A stretch of DNA of 64,000 nt from Mobula birostris (Eukaryota). Shown piece after piece: positions 36,974 to 49,436 of the stretch (positions are counted from its first letter, which is position 1; each line of letters begins with the position of its first letter). The stretch is from positions 21,739,309 through 21,803,308 of the forward strand of contig NC_092379.1 of NCBI RefSeq assembly GCF_030028105.1, in the 5' to 3' direction. The notes below the pieces were generated by a model. That model was not told the DNA's origin and searched no databases. It saw only the letters and a list, made by a program, of their open reading frames with translations. The translations under genes were made by a program, and so were the position numbers.

Positions 36974-37659
36974 GGAATCAGAATTGGAATCAGGTTTATT
37001 ATCACCAGCATGTGTCGTGAAATTTATTGACTTAGCAGCAGCAGTTCAATGCAATACATAATATAAAAGAAAAAATAAATACTTTATACTTTATTGTCAC
37101 CAAATAATTGATACTAGAACACACAATCATCACAGCGATATTTGATTCTGCACTTCCCACTCCCTGGAGTACAAATTGAGAGTAAATATTAAAAATTTAA
37201 ATTATAAATCATAAATAGAAAATAGAAAATGGAAAGTAAGGTAGTGCAAAAAATCCGAGAGGCAGGACCGGATATTTGGAGGGTACGGCCCAGATCCGGG
37301 TCGTAATGAATAAATAAATTTCAGTGTATGTATATTGAATAGATTAAAAATCATGCAAAAACAGAAATAATATATATTAAACAAGTGAGGGAGTGTTCGA
37401 GGGTTCAATGGCCATTTAGGAATCGGATGGTAGAGGAGAAGAAGCTGTTCCTGAATCGCTGAGTGTGAGCCTTCAGGCTTCTGTACGTCCCACTGATGGT
37501 AAAAGTGAGAAAAGGGAATGCCCTGGGTGCTGGGTGTCCTTAATAATGGACGCCGTCTTTCTGAGACACCACACCTTGAAGATGTCCTGGGTACGTTGTA
37601 GGCTCATACCCAAGTTGGATCCAACTAAATTTGCGACCCTTCTTTCGGTCCTGTGCAGT
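36974..37659 (-). mobile_element. Rex1/Babar 3' end with a nested ~225 bp second tail fragment (~37080-37303); longer paralog 52760-54048 (+)
   Basis: RKTASIIKDTQHPGHSLFSLLPS; ATTCTG-type tail; extra segment absent from the Rex copy at 6567. Confidence 0.8.
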
Positions 37660-38723
37660 TTGTCGAAAATGCCGCCTGTAACTGGCGACTTTGCGTCAGC
37701 TCTCCGGAGCAAACTGCCCTCTCCACTGTCCTGTAACGAGAAACCCTTCTAAAACTCCAATTTATAAAGATAAAGATCAACAGCACTCTGGCGAAGCTAC
37801 TGACCCAGATGGAGACCACCGCGCCACAACTGCTTCTTAAACTCCGGACTGTACCTGGACCCGACCACATTCCCGGAGACCCGCGGTCTGCTACCGTGCC
37901 GGAGCGCTTGGAGACACGGCCCATTCCGACCAGCACCTCTCCGGCGCAGACGACCACACAGAAGTGACGGCGGAGACCTCAAGGTGCCCCAGACGCTTCC
38001 CCGGAGCGACCACCGTAAAGCCCCGTTGGTGGCCATCCACAGCTGCTGGAAGATGAGACCTCCACCGCCAACCTCGGAAATCGAGCCCGAGGCTCGGCTG
38101 GAGTGGAGGCCTCCGCAACCGTGAGTCGGTTTACAGACTTGTTTCAGCCAGGAGCCCGGCCATCCGGGATTAAGTGTCGGCTTCGGGGTCCGACCCAATC
38201 GACAGCCCAGGCCCCCGGCAGCTGGAAGTGGCAGCGAAGACTCCCCCACTCGGCCCGACCTGGAGTGTCCAACGACGCGACCAGCCGATCGATTCCCGCG
38301 GGATGCGTCCACCTATCTCAAAGAGCTGACAACAATACACTGCATCGACGGAAACCTGGAAAGATGCTCTATTTACTGAGGAAGCGTGGGAAAAGAGCTG
38401 GGCTGCTGGTCAGATTGAAGCTGAGGGGCTTCAGGGTCCCTATGCCCACCATCCTACTAGCTAATGTGCAAGCCATAGAGAACAAGGTGGATGATCTTAA
38501 AGCGAGATTCACCTACTGCAGGGAGATGAGGAACTGCTGTGTATTCTGTTTCACTGAGACCTGCCTCTCCCTTGCCACACCCGACTGTGCCATCTGACTG
38601 GAGGGATTTTCGGTCCATCGGATGGACCGCACGGCGTCTTCAGGCAAGACGAGGGGAGGTGGTGTCTGCCTACTGATCAACACTGGGTGGTGATCGGACA
38701 CAGTGCCACTGACAAGCTCCTGC
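37660..38723 (+). mobile_element. Rex1/Babar-type LINE 5' region and endonuclease N-terminus, cut off at the duplication junction
   Basis: RKRGKRAGLLVRLK, ILLANVQAIENKVDDL, CFTETCL, GKTRGGGVCLLIN. Confidence 0.85.
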
Positions 38724-39644
38724 AGCTTCCACTGCTTCATTAGGCATTGAATTCACAGAGATTCACCACTCTCTGGGATAAACAGTTCCTCCTCATTTCC
38801 ATCCTAAATCTACTCCCCCAAATCTTGAGGCTGCGTCCCCAAGTTCAATCCCATCAGTGTGATTGTACCCTGCCTGTTCTTGAGTTTCACTCAAATGGAC
38901 TCAGTTTCTGACCTCGCCATTATGTCTCCTCTGCGTGCAGCTGTGATATTGTCCCTGACTGTTAATGCAATACCCCCACTTTATCTCCTCCTCTATCTTT
39001 TCTAAAACTTCAAAAACCTGGTACATTAATCACCCATTTCTGCCCCTCACTCAACCAAATTTCAGTAATGGCTACAACATTGTAGTTCCATGTACTGATC
39101 CATGCTCTCATTTCATCACCCTTAACCGTAATACTCCTTGGTATACCCTGAATTATTCTACACCTTCCCATCCTATGTCACCTCTTTCGAATGATTTCAT
39201 TTAATTTTTTGCCAACACAGGCACACCACAATTTTTTTGCCAACACAGGCACACCTCGCCTTCTGCCAACCTGCCTGTCCTTTCGATACAATGTGTATCC
39301 CTGGATATCAAGCTCCCAACTATAATCTTCTTTCAGCCATAATTCAGTGATGCCCACACTGTCATACATGCCAATCTGTAGCTGTGCTACAAGTTAATCT
39401 ATCTTATTCTGTATACTGTCTGAATTCAAAGATAACACTTTCAATCCAGTCTTCATCACCTTTTTTTGATTTTTGGCCCCCTTTTGCATCCCATTGACTG
39501 CAGTTTTGCCCTGTCATCAGCCTCTACTTGCCAGCAGTCTCACTAAAGACTGCCTTTGTTTGAAAATCAACAACTCGATCCTCAGCCTTATCTCTACATT
39601 TAATTGATTATCAATTAAAATTAGAAACTGCAGACCCTTTTAAA

Positions 39645-40440
39645 TTTTTAGGAATTTGGTTTGATAAAAAAACTCACATGGTCAACATGTATTAAAGAAA
39701 TAAAAACCCAAAGTAAGAAAGTAAGGTTAATCAGTGGGGCAATGAGGACAACACCAGTGGTGGCAATGCAGGTGGAGTTGGGAGAGACACCTCTGGAACT
39801 GAGAAGATCACAGCTTGTGTTAACATATTGGGTAAATGTACAAGGGCCTGGAGAAAATCATCCAAGTTAACAGGTTTTAGATCGATGCTGGGAAAAGGAA
39901 AGAAGGAAATTAAGAGATTTTGCACGGACTATTGAAGGGAAAGCAGAAATGACAGGAATTAGTAATAAGGCCCTGAGTGATACAGTGTCTTTTCCTGGGC
40001 TGACTCCATGACTGTGTGAAGCACCAGAGGTGGATCCTACATTATTCAGAAAGAGATGGAAAAGTAGAGAAGTCTACTTAAATCAAGATATAGTTGAATG
40101 TTATGTAAATAATAATAATTAGGGATATTTACAAATTTACACAGATGTTCAAAAACGGTAACACTGTTGTAGATTAGGGGTAGGATTGGTAGTGCCTGAT
40201 TTTAACATGAAAATGCAGGAGAGGATAAATGATGATTTCTCAGTGTATACAGGTGAAATGACAACTGGACTATTGGCTTTGCAGTGGGTGGAGAAAATGA
40301 GACCATGCGAGTTGTAATATTGTCTGATTCAAGCATAACAATCCAGAGTCTAAAAGATTTGCATTCAGTGGGAAAACCAGAGGTTGTATGTGGGATAATA
40401 CAAACCTTATTTCAATTTAAAATGGTATCCAGAGAGAAGT
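39645..40440 (+). mobile_element. I/Nimb-clade fragment with RNase H (copy B)
   Basis: ORFs 39661 (SGAMRTTPVVAMQVELGETPLELRRSQL) and 40284 (VVILSDSS); tacacagatg (YTD) at ~40138. Confidence 0.75.
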
Positions 40441-40525
40441 GGGGTAGTTTAGGAATGCAGGAAAGAGTAGGAAGGAGGAGGTTATAATATCGAGACTGAG
40501 GTTTGGGCACGCAGGGTTAAAGTAC

Positions 40526-40627
40526 CATACATCAAAGTTGCTGATGAATGCAGCAGGCCAGGCAGCATCTCTCGGAGGAGGTACAGTCGACGTTTCGGGC
40601 CGAGACCCTTCGTCAGGACATTGTACG
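40526..40627 (-). mobile_element. ~100 bp HHR-containing mini-PLE insertion with 12 bp TSD
   Basis: TSD gggttaaagtac at 40514-40525 and 40628-40639; single-copy empty site at 22747-22758. Confidence 0.9.
40585..40619 (-). ncRNA. Minimal type I hammerhead ribozyme motif, intact core
   Basis: gtc CTGACGA a gggtctcggccc GAAAC GTC gact. Confidence 0.85.
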
Positions 40628-40847
40628 GGGTTAAAGTACATTGTTTTTTATAAAGAAACACAACAATGGGAGGTGTGAATATTGTAATCAACAAGACATA
40701 ATCAAGAGGGGATGGACGATTTAAAAGTTATCTCAATACGATTTAACATTAACAGCATTTTGCAGGAAGGATCAGAGGATTATTGCTTTAAATAATAGTT
40801 CTATTACATCAGAGCACAGATCTTTTTATATAAAAATGATATATAAA

Positions 40848-43102
40848 TGATAGTGGGTGAGGATCTGGGGGACAGTGACCACCGCTCCCTGGCCTTTATA
40901 ATTATCATGGAAAAGGATAGAATCAAACGGACAGGAAAATTTTTAATTGGGGAAAGGCAAATTATGAGGCTATAAGGCTAGAACTTGCAGGTGTGAATTG
41001 GGATGACGTTTTTGCAGGGAAATGTACTATGGACATGTGGTCGATGTTTAGAGATCTCTTGCGGGATGTAAGGGATAAATTTGTCCCGGTGAGGAAGATA
41101 AAGAATGGTAGGGTGAAGGAACCATGGGTGACAAGTGAGGTGGAAAATCTAGTCAGGAGGAAGAAGGCAGCATACATGAGGTTTAAGAAGCAAGGATCAG
41201 ATGGGTCTATTGAGGAATATAGAGAAGCAAGAAAGGAGCTTAAGAAGGGGCTGAGAAGAGCAAGAAGGGGGCATGAGAAGGCCTTGGCGAGTAGGATAAA
41301 GGAAAACCCCAAGGCGTTCTTCAATTATGTGAAGAAAAAAAGGATGACAGGAGTGAAGGTAGGACCGATTAGAGATAAAGGTGGGAAGATGTGCCTGGAG
41401 GCTGTGGAAGTGAGCGAGGTCCTCAATGAATACTTCTGTTCGGTATTCACCAATGAGAGGGAACTTGATGATGGTGAGGACAATATGAGTGAGGTTGATG
41501 TTCTGGATCATGCTGATATTAAGGGAGAGGAGGTGTTGGAGTTATTAAAATACATTAGGACAGATAAGTCCCCGGGGCCTGACGGAATATTCCCCAGGCT
41601 GCTCCACGAGGTGAGAGAAGAGACTGCTGAGCCTCTGGCTAGAATCTTTATGTCCTCATTGTCCACGGGAATGGTACTGGAGGATTGGAGGGAGGTGAAT
41701 GTTGTTCCCTTGTTCAGAAAAGGTAGTAGGGATAGTCCGGGTAATTATACACCAGTGAGCCTTACGTCTGTGGTGGGAAAGCTCTTGGAAAAGATTCTTA
41801 GAGATAGGATCCATAGGCATTTAGAGAATCATGGTCTGATCAGAGACAGTCAGCTTGGCTTTGTGAAGGGCAGATCGTGTCTAACAAGCCTGATGGAGTT
41901 CTTTGAGGAGGTGACCAGGCATACAGATGAGGGTAGTGCAGTGGATGTGATCTATTTGGATTTTAGTAAGGCATTTGACAAGGTTCCACACGGTAGGCTT
42001 ATTCAGAAAGTTAGAAGGCATTGCATCCAGGGAAGTTTGGCCAGGTGGATTCAGAATTGACTTGCCTGCAGAAGGCAGAGGGTGGTGGTGGAGGGAGTAC
42101 ATTCAGATTGGAGGATTGTGACTAGTGGTGTCCCACAAGGATCTGTTCTGGGACCTCTACTTTTCGTGATTTTTATTAACGACCTGGATGTCGGGGTAGA
42201 AGGGTGGGTTGGCAAGTTTGCAGACGACACAAAGGTTGGTGGTGTTGTAGATAGTGTAGAGGATTGTCGAAGATTGCAGAGAGACATTGATAGGATGCAG
42301 AAGTGGGCTGAGAAGTGGCAGATGGAGTTCAACCCGGAGAAGTGTGAGGTGGTACACTTTGGAAGGACAAACTCCAAGGCAGAGTACAAAGTAAATGGCA
42401 GGACACTTGGTGGTATGGAGGAGCAGAGGGATCTCGGGGTACATGTCCACAGATCCCTGAAAGTTGCCTCACAGGTGGATAGGGTTGTTAAGAAAGCTTA
42501 TGGGGTGTTAGCTTTCATAAGTCGAGGGACAGAGTTTAAGAGTAGCCATGATGCAGATGCAGCTCTATAAAAGTCTGGTTCGGCCACACTTGGAGTACTG
42601 TGTCCAGTTCTGGTCACCTCACTATAGGAAGGATGTGGAAGCATTGGAAAGGGTACAGAGGAGATTTACCAGGATGTTGCCTGGTTTAGAAAGTATGCAT
42701 TATGATCAGAGATTAAGGGAGCTCGGGCTTTACTCTTTGGAGAGAAGGAGGATGAGAGGAGACATGATAGAGGTGTACAAGATAATAAGAGGAATAGATA
42801 GAGTGGATAGCCAGCGCCTCTTCCCCAGGGCACCACTGCTCAATACAAGAGGACATGGCTTTAAGGTAAGGGGTGGGAAGTTCAAGGGGGATATTAGAGG
42901 AAGGTTTTTTACTCAGAGAGTGGTTGGTGCATGGAATGCACTACCTGAGTCAGTGGTGGAGGCAGATACACTAGTGAAGTTTGAGAGACTGCTAGTCAGG
43001 TATATGGAGGAATCTAAGGTGGGGGCTTATATGGGAGGCAGGGTTTGAGGGTCGGCAGAACATTGTGGGCCAAAGGGCCTGTACTGTGCTGTACTATTCT
43101 AT
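40848..43102 (+). mobile_element. Young CR1 LINE, 2.25 kb, 5'-truncated; ORF2 broken by one stop and one frameshift
   Basis: ORFs 40993..42060 (355 aa), 42082..42570, 42548..43048; tail ctattctat runs into the gap; absent from copy A at ~22966. Confidence 0.95.
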
Positions 43103-43349
43103 NNNNNNNNNNNNNNNNNNNNNNNNNNNNNNNNNNNNNNNNNNNNNNNNNNNNNNNNNNNNNNNNNNNNNNNNNNNNNNNNNNNNNNNNNNNNNNNNNN
43201 NNNNNNNNNNNNNNNNNNNNNNNNNNNNNNNNNNNNNNNNNNNNNNNNNNNNNNNNNNNNNNNNNNNNNNNNNNNNNNNNNNNNNNNNNNNNNNNNNNNN
43301 NNNNNNNNNNNNNNNNNNNNNNNNNNNNNNNNNNNNNNNNNNNNNNNNN
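43103..43349. other. Assembly gap (247 N)
   Basis: Run of n characters. Confidence 1.
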
Positions 43350-43540
43350 ACCTTCCGGTTTCTATCCTTGCCGCCGTTGGTTAGAAGGACCGACGGTCCT
43401 CCCACCCATCTTTCACGGGATTAGAGAAACATGCAGACCGCCTGTCGCTATTGGTTGATTGGTGGTCCGCACGTTGCCACCCATTGGTTTGCGCGCATAG
43501 CCATCATACGACGTGCTCTACCATTGGTCAAGTTTTTGTT
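43350..43540 (-). promoter_or_regulatory. CCAAT-box cluster, putative promoter (copy B)
   Basis: ATTGG at 43450, 43458, 43483, 43523; first A-copy box mutated to GTTGG; CCGGAAG retained. Confidence 0.55.
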
Positions 43541-45164
43541 TAAAAACGTGCTGAGGTTGAATCGCATGAAAACATTTCGGAAAGGTCCATTTTGTACACA
43601 AAATTAAAGTGGATGGTTCATCAAAGCTGTAAAATTTTGGAGGTTATAAATTTTATGATTGAACACAGAAAACTTTGGGAACAAAAGCGTAGCAGCCTTA
43701 CGCCTGCACCGAATGGTGATGTTTACCGGTCATTGCCGTATAAATTATTATTTCCGTACGGTATCTCTGAAGTCTTGGGGAACATTGGGAACGAATTTGC
43801 TATTTCACGGTCACATGCTTTGATGTTTTGAAAAAAGAAAACTATGCTTAATGGCAGTTGCGATCGTCTTTCAAATAATGAAATGGAGACATGTCCTACC
43901 CAAACGCCCGTGCGCTTAGAATAAGCTCTATCTCGAGTGGAACTGGCGACGTTGCGTAACAGGTTGAGATCTTTCATGTGGACTGAAAGACAGAGGGGAG
44001 GTGACCGGGGTAAAAAGGCGAGGGAAGGGGTAGAGCAGGTGCTGTCAGGTGATAGGGGCCGCCAGGTGAGCGGGTGGACAGGCGGATGGGGAATGGAATT
44101 CTGGCAAAAGGCTGAAGATAATGGAATCTGATGGGAGAGGAAGGTGGAGCATGAACTAAAGGGAGGGAGGTGCGGAGGGCAGAGGGGAGTAGTGGGGACG
44201 GAAACCAGTGGGATGAGTGTGTGGGTTGTGTCACGGACTGGTATAGGAAACACCCTTGAATAGAAAAGCCTACAAAAATGCATGGATACAGACTAGATCA
44301 TCACAGGTAAAGCCCTTGTTGTTACTGTGAACGAAGTCACCAGAGAGACAGTGAAGCTGGTGGTGATAGAAGTCTTTATTCAGCAAAACAAGCAGCAGAG
44401 ATCATACTCCAGACACTCTTGGAAGAAGAGGCCTGCCTGACCCAATATTACATGACATTTTTATATGCTAAATATGAAACGTAACAGCAGGACAATGCTG
44501 TAGATACAATGTTATTCAGAATGCTCCCTTTGAAAGACATATAATTTTCAAATACCTCCATCTTCACATCCATGCACATAAAACAAATGTTAATTCCCAG
44601 TGACTCTGGACCACATTCATGCACAAGCAGGTATCTGAGGTTGAATTTATCTGAGGGCAAGCAGTTATAGTGAGAGGGACAGAGGGAGAAAAAAGAGAGA
44701 GAGGAAAAAAATAAGTAATAAATAAACAAACAAACAAATAAGGGATGGGAGGTGGGGCATTAACGGAAGTTAGAGAAGTCAATGTTCATGCCATCAGGTT
44801 GGAAGCTACCCAGATGGAGTATAAGGTGTTATTCCTCCAACCTGAGTGTGGCTTCATCTTGATAGTAAAGGAGGCCGTGGATAGACATATCAGAATGAGA
44901 ATGGGACGTGGAATTAAAATGTGTGGCCACTGGGAGATCCTGCTTTCTCTGGTGGACAGCCTTGCTTATCCTCTGGGTTCCCTCCCCCTTTCTTTCTCCC
45001 TAGGCCTCATGTCCCCTGATCCTTTCCCTTCTCTGGCCTCGTATCCCTTTTGCCAATCAACTTTCCAGCTCTTAGCTCAATCCCTCCCCCTCCTGTCTTC
45101 TCCTATCATTTCGGATCTCCCCCTCCTCCCACTTTCAAATCTCTCACTATCTCTTCTTTCAGTT

Positions 45165-45200
45165 AGCCCTGACGAAGTGTCTCAACCCAAAACGTCGACT
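45165..45200 (+). ncRNA. Degenerate hammerhead motif (GAAA to AAAA)
   Basis: agcc CTGACGA agtgtctcaaccc AAAAC GTC gact; paralog of 24991-25026. Confidence 0.5.
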
Positions 45201-48200
45201 GTACCTCTTCCTATAGATGCTGCCTGGTCTGCTGCGTTCACCAGCATTTTTTGTGTGTGTTGCTTGAGTTTCCAGCATCTGCAGGTTTCCTCGTGTTTCT
45301 GTGGTGTCTCAGGAAGGCAGCATCCATTATTAAAGACCTGCAGCACCCAGGGCTTGCACTTTTCTCACTGTTATCATCAGGAAGGAGATACAGAAGCCTG
45401 AAGGCACACACTCAGCGATTCAGGAACTGCTTCTTCCACTCTGCCGTCCGATTCCTAAATGGACATTGAAGCTTTGGACACTACCTCACTTTTTCATATA
45501 CAGTATTTCTGTTTTTGCTCATTTTTTAATAATCTATTCAATATACGTAATTGATTTACTTGTTTGTTTATTATGTTTTATTTTATTTATTATTATATTT
45601 TTTCTCTCTCTGCTAGATTATGTATTGCATTGAACTGCTGCTGTGAAGATAACAAGTTTCATGTCACATGCTGGTGATAACAAACCCGATTCTGATTCTG
45701 ATTCTGAGCCGGAGGTGATCAGGGAGTTTAAGGTAAAGAACCCTTAGGAACTAGTGATCACAATGTGATTGAGATCAACTTGAAATTGGATAGGGAGAAA
45801 GTAAAGTCTGACATAGCAATATTTCAGTGGAGTAGGGGAAATTACAGTGGTATGAGGAGTTCGCCAAAATAAATTGGAAGGAGCTGCGAGCAGGGATGTC
45901 AGCAGAGCAGCAATGTCATGTGTTTCTGGGAAAAATGAGGAAGGTGCAGGACATGTGTATTCCAAATATGAAGAAATACTCAAATGGTAAAATAGTACAA
46001 CTGTGGCTGACGAGGGAATTCAAAGCTGATGTAAAAACAAACGAGAGGGCATACAACAAAGCGAAATGATTGGGAAGACAGAGGATTGAGAAGTTTTTAA
46101 AAACCTACAGAGAACAATGAAAAGAATCATTAGAAGGGAAAAGATAAAATATAAAAGCAAGCTAACAGTAATATCAAAGTGGATAGCGAAAGCTTTTTCT
46201 AGTATGTAGAAATTAAAAGAGAAATGAGAGTGGATATAGGACCACTACCAAATGAGGCAGGAGAAGTAATAATGGGGAACAAGGAGATGGCAGGTGAATT
46301 AAATGAAAATTTTGCATCAGTCTTCACTGTGGAAGACACCAGCAGTATGCCTGATGTTGTAGTGTGGGAAGGAAGAGAAGTGGGTGCTGTTACTATTACA
46401 AGGGAGAAGGCTGAAGACCTAAAAGATCATAAGTCACCCAGACCAGAGAAACTGCACCCTAGCGTTCTGAAAGAGGGAGCAGTAGAGATTGTGGTGGCAG
46501 TGGAAATGATCCTTCGAAATGGCATGGTGCCAGAGGACTAGAAAATTGCAAATGTCACTCCACTCTTTAAGAAAGGAGGAAGACAGCAGAAAGGAAATTA
46601 TAGACAAGTTAGCCTGACCTCAATGGTTGGGAAGATGTTCGAGTCAATTGTCAAGGATGAGGTGACGGAATACTCGGTGACCAAGGACAAGATAGGACAA
46701 AGTCAGCGCGGTTTCCATCAGGGAAAACCCTGCCTGACAAACCTGTTGGAATTCTTTGAGGAGATTACAAGTAGGATGGATAAACGGGATGTAGTGGATT
46801 TTGTATATTTGGACTTTCAGAAGGCCTTTTACAAGGTGCCACACATGAGGCTGCTTAGCAAGTTAAGAGCCCATGGTATTTCAGGAATGTTACTAGGATG
46901 GTTGGAGCATTGGCTGATTGGAAGAAGTCAGCGAGTGGGAATAAAAGTGGCCTGGGCTGGTTGGCTGCCAGTGACTAGTGGTGTTCCGCAGGGGTCAGTG
47001 TTGGGCCCACATTTTTTATGCTGTATATAAATGATTTAGATAACGAAATAGATGGCTTTGTTGCCAAGTTTGCAGATGACACAAAGACTGGTGGAGGAAC
47101 AGGTAGTGTTGAGGAAACGGGTATGATGCAGAAGGACAGACGGATTTGGAGAATGGGCGAGAAAATGTCAAATGAAATATAATACTGGAAAATGAATGAT
47201 CATGCACTTTGGTAGTAGAAATAAATGTGTGGAGTATTTTTGAAATAGAGAAAATCCAAAAATCTGAGATAAAAGGGACTTGAAGGGCCTTTTGCAGAAC
47301 ACCCTATAACCATATAACAATTACAGCACGGAAACAGGCCATCTCGGTCCTTCTCGTCCATGCCAAACGCTTACTCTCACCTCGTCCCACCGACCTGCAC
47401 TCAGCCCATAACCCTCCATTCCTTTCCTGTCCATATACCTATCCAATTTTGCTTTAAATGACAATATCGAACCTGCCTCTACCACTTCTACTGGAAGCTC
47501 ATTCCACACAGCCACCACTCTCTGAGTAAAGAAGTTCCCCATCGTGTTACCCCTAAACTTTTGCCCCCTAACTCTCAACTCATGTCCTCTTGTTTGAATC
47601 TCTCCTACTCTCAATGGAAAAAGCTTATCCACATCAACTCTATCTGTCCCACTCATAATTTTAAATACCTCTATCAAGTCCCCCCTCAACCTTCTACGCT
47701 CCAAAGAATAAAGACCTAACTTGTTCAACCTTTCTTTGTAAATCAGGTGCTGAAACCCAGGTAACATTCTACTAACTCTTCTCTGTACTCTACTCAGTGC
47801 TCTGATTTATGAAGGCCAGCATACCAAAAGCTTTCTTCACCACCCTATCCACATGAGATTCTACCTTCAGGGAACTATGCACGATTATTCCTGGATCACT
47901 CTGTTCTACTGCATTCTTCAATGCCGTACCATTTACCATGTATGCCCCATTTTGATTACTCCTACCAAAATATAAAGGTTAACTTTCAAGCAAGTCAGGT
48001 CAAGTCACTTTTTATTGTCATTTCGACCATAACTGCTAGTACAGTACCCAGTTAAAACAAGACAACGTTTTTCAGGACCATGGTGCTACATGAAACAATA
48101 CAAAAACTACAGTGAACAAGGTAAAACAACACAAAAACTACACTAGACTACAGATCTACCCAGGACTGCATAAAGTGCAGAAAACAGTGCGGGCATTACA

Positions 48201-49436
48201 ATAAATAATAAACAAGACAATAGGCACAGTAGAGGGCAGTAGGTTGGTGTCAGTCCAGGCTCTGGGTATTGAGGAGTCTGATGGCTTGGGGGAAGAAACT
48301 GTTACATAGTCTGGTCGTGAGAGCCTGAACGCTTCGGTGCCTTTTGCCAGATTGCAGAAGGGAGAAGAGTTTGTATGAGGGGTGCATGTGGTCCTTCATA
48401 ATGCTGTTTGCTTTACGGATGCAGCGTGTGGTGTAAATGTCTGTATTGGCGGGAAGAGAGACCCCGATGTCCTGAAAACTGTGCCCCCTGGAAGGTGATG
48501 GGTGGGAGTGACAAAAGGCTGAATATAATAGAATCTGATGGAAGATGAAGTGAGGCCTCAACAGTGTTTTATAAAGTCTCAACATTATATCCTTGTTTTA
48601 ATATTCCAGTCCTCTGGAAATGAATGCTAACATCACATTTGCCTTCCTCACCACAGACTCAACCTGCAAATTAACCTTTAGAGAATCCTGCTCAAGGGCT
48701 CTCAAATTCCTTTGTGCCTCAGAGTTTTGTATTTTCTGTCCACCTGGTCAAAAGTTAAAGCTTTAATTTCTTCTACCAAAGAGCATGACCATGTATTTGC
48801 TGACACTGTATTCCATCTGTCAGTTCTTTGCCCAGTCTGTTAATCTGCTTCAGTCTTTCTGTAGCCTCCCTAAAAACTACCTGCCCCTCCCCATGACAAA
48901 CTCGCCAATAATTTCCTTTCTTCTCTCTCTCTCCCTTCTTGAAGAGTGGAGTGACATTTGCAATTTTCTAGTCCTCCATTCCAGAATCCAGTGCTTTTTG
49001 AAAGATCATTACTAATGCCTCTATATTGTCTTCAGCCACCTCTTTCTGAATGTTGTGGTGTACACCATCTGCTCCAGGTGACTCATCTACCTCAGTTTCT
49101 CAAGAATCTTCTCCATGGTAATGGTAGCACACTTCATGACCCCTGACACCTGGAACTTCTACCATGCTGCTTGTGTCTTCCACAGTGAAGACTGATGAAA
49201 TGTATTTATTCAGTTCTTTGGCCATTTCCTTGTCCCTCATTACCACCCTCCCAGCATCGTTTTCCAGTGGGCCAATATGACCTCTCACCTCTCTTTTACA
49301 CTTCATATATCTGAAGAGACTGTTGGTATCCTCTTTAATATTATTCGCTAGCTTACTTTCGTATTCCACCTTTAACTTCTTACAGACTTTTTCAGTTAAC
49401 TTATGCTGGTTCTCAAAAGCTTCCCAGTCCTCCAAC

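Larger units (their letters stand above)
34693..37659 (+). repeat. Inverted segmental duplication of 53363-56022
   Basis: Opposite-strand ORF pairs: MEISSLPELFQ/MKISSLLELFQ, MADPFSLSAPIV (35869-/54553+), MNPRTLPHL (37202-/53615+); junctions between unrelated repeats are shared. Confidence 0.93.

Noticed and set aside
43045-43458. ORFs spanning the N run
   Set aside because: Artefacts of translating the assembly gap.
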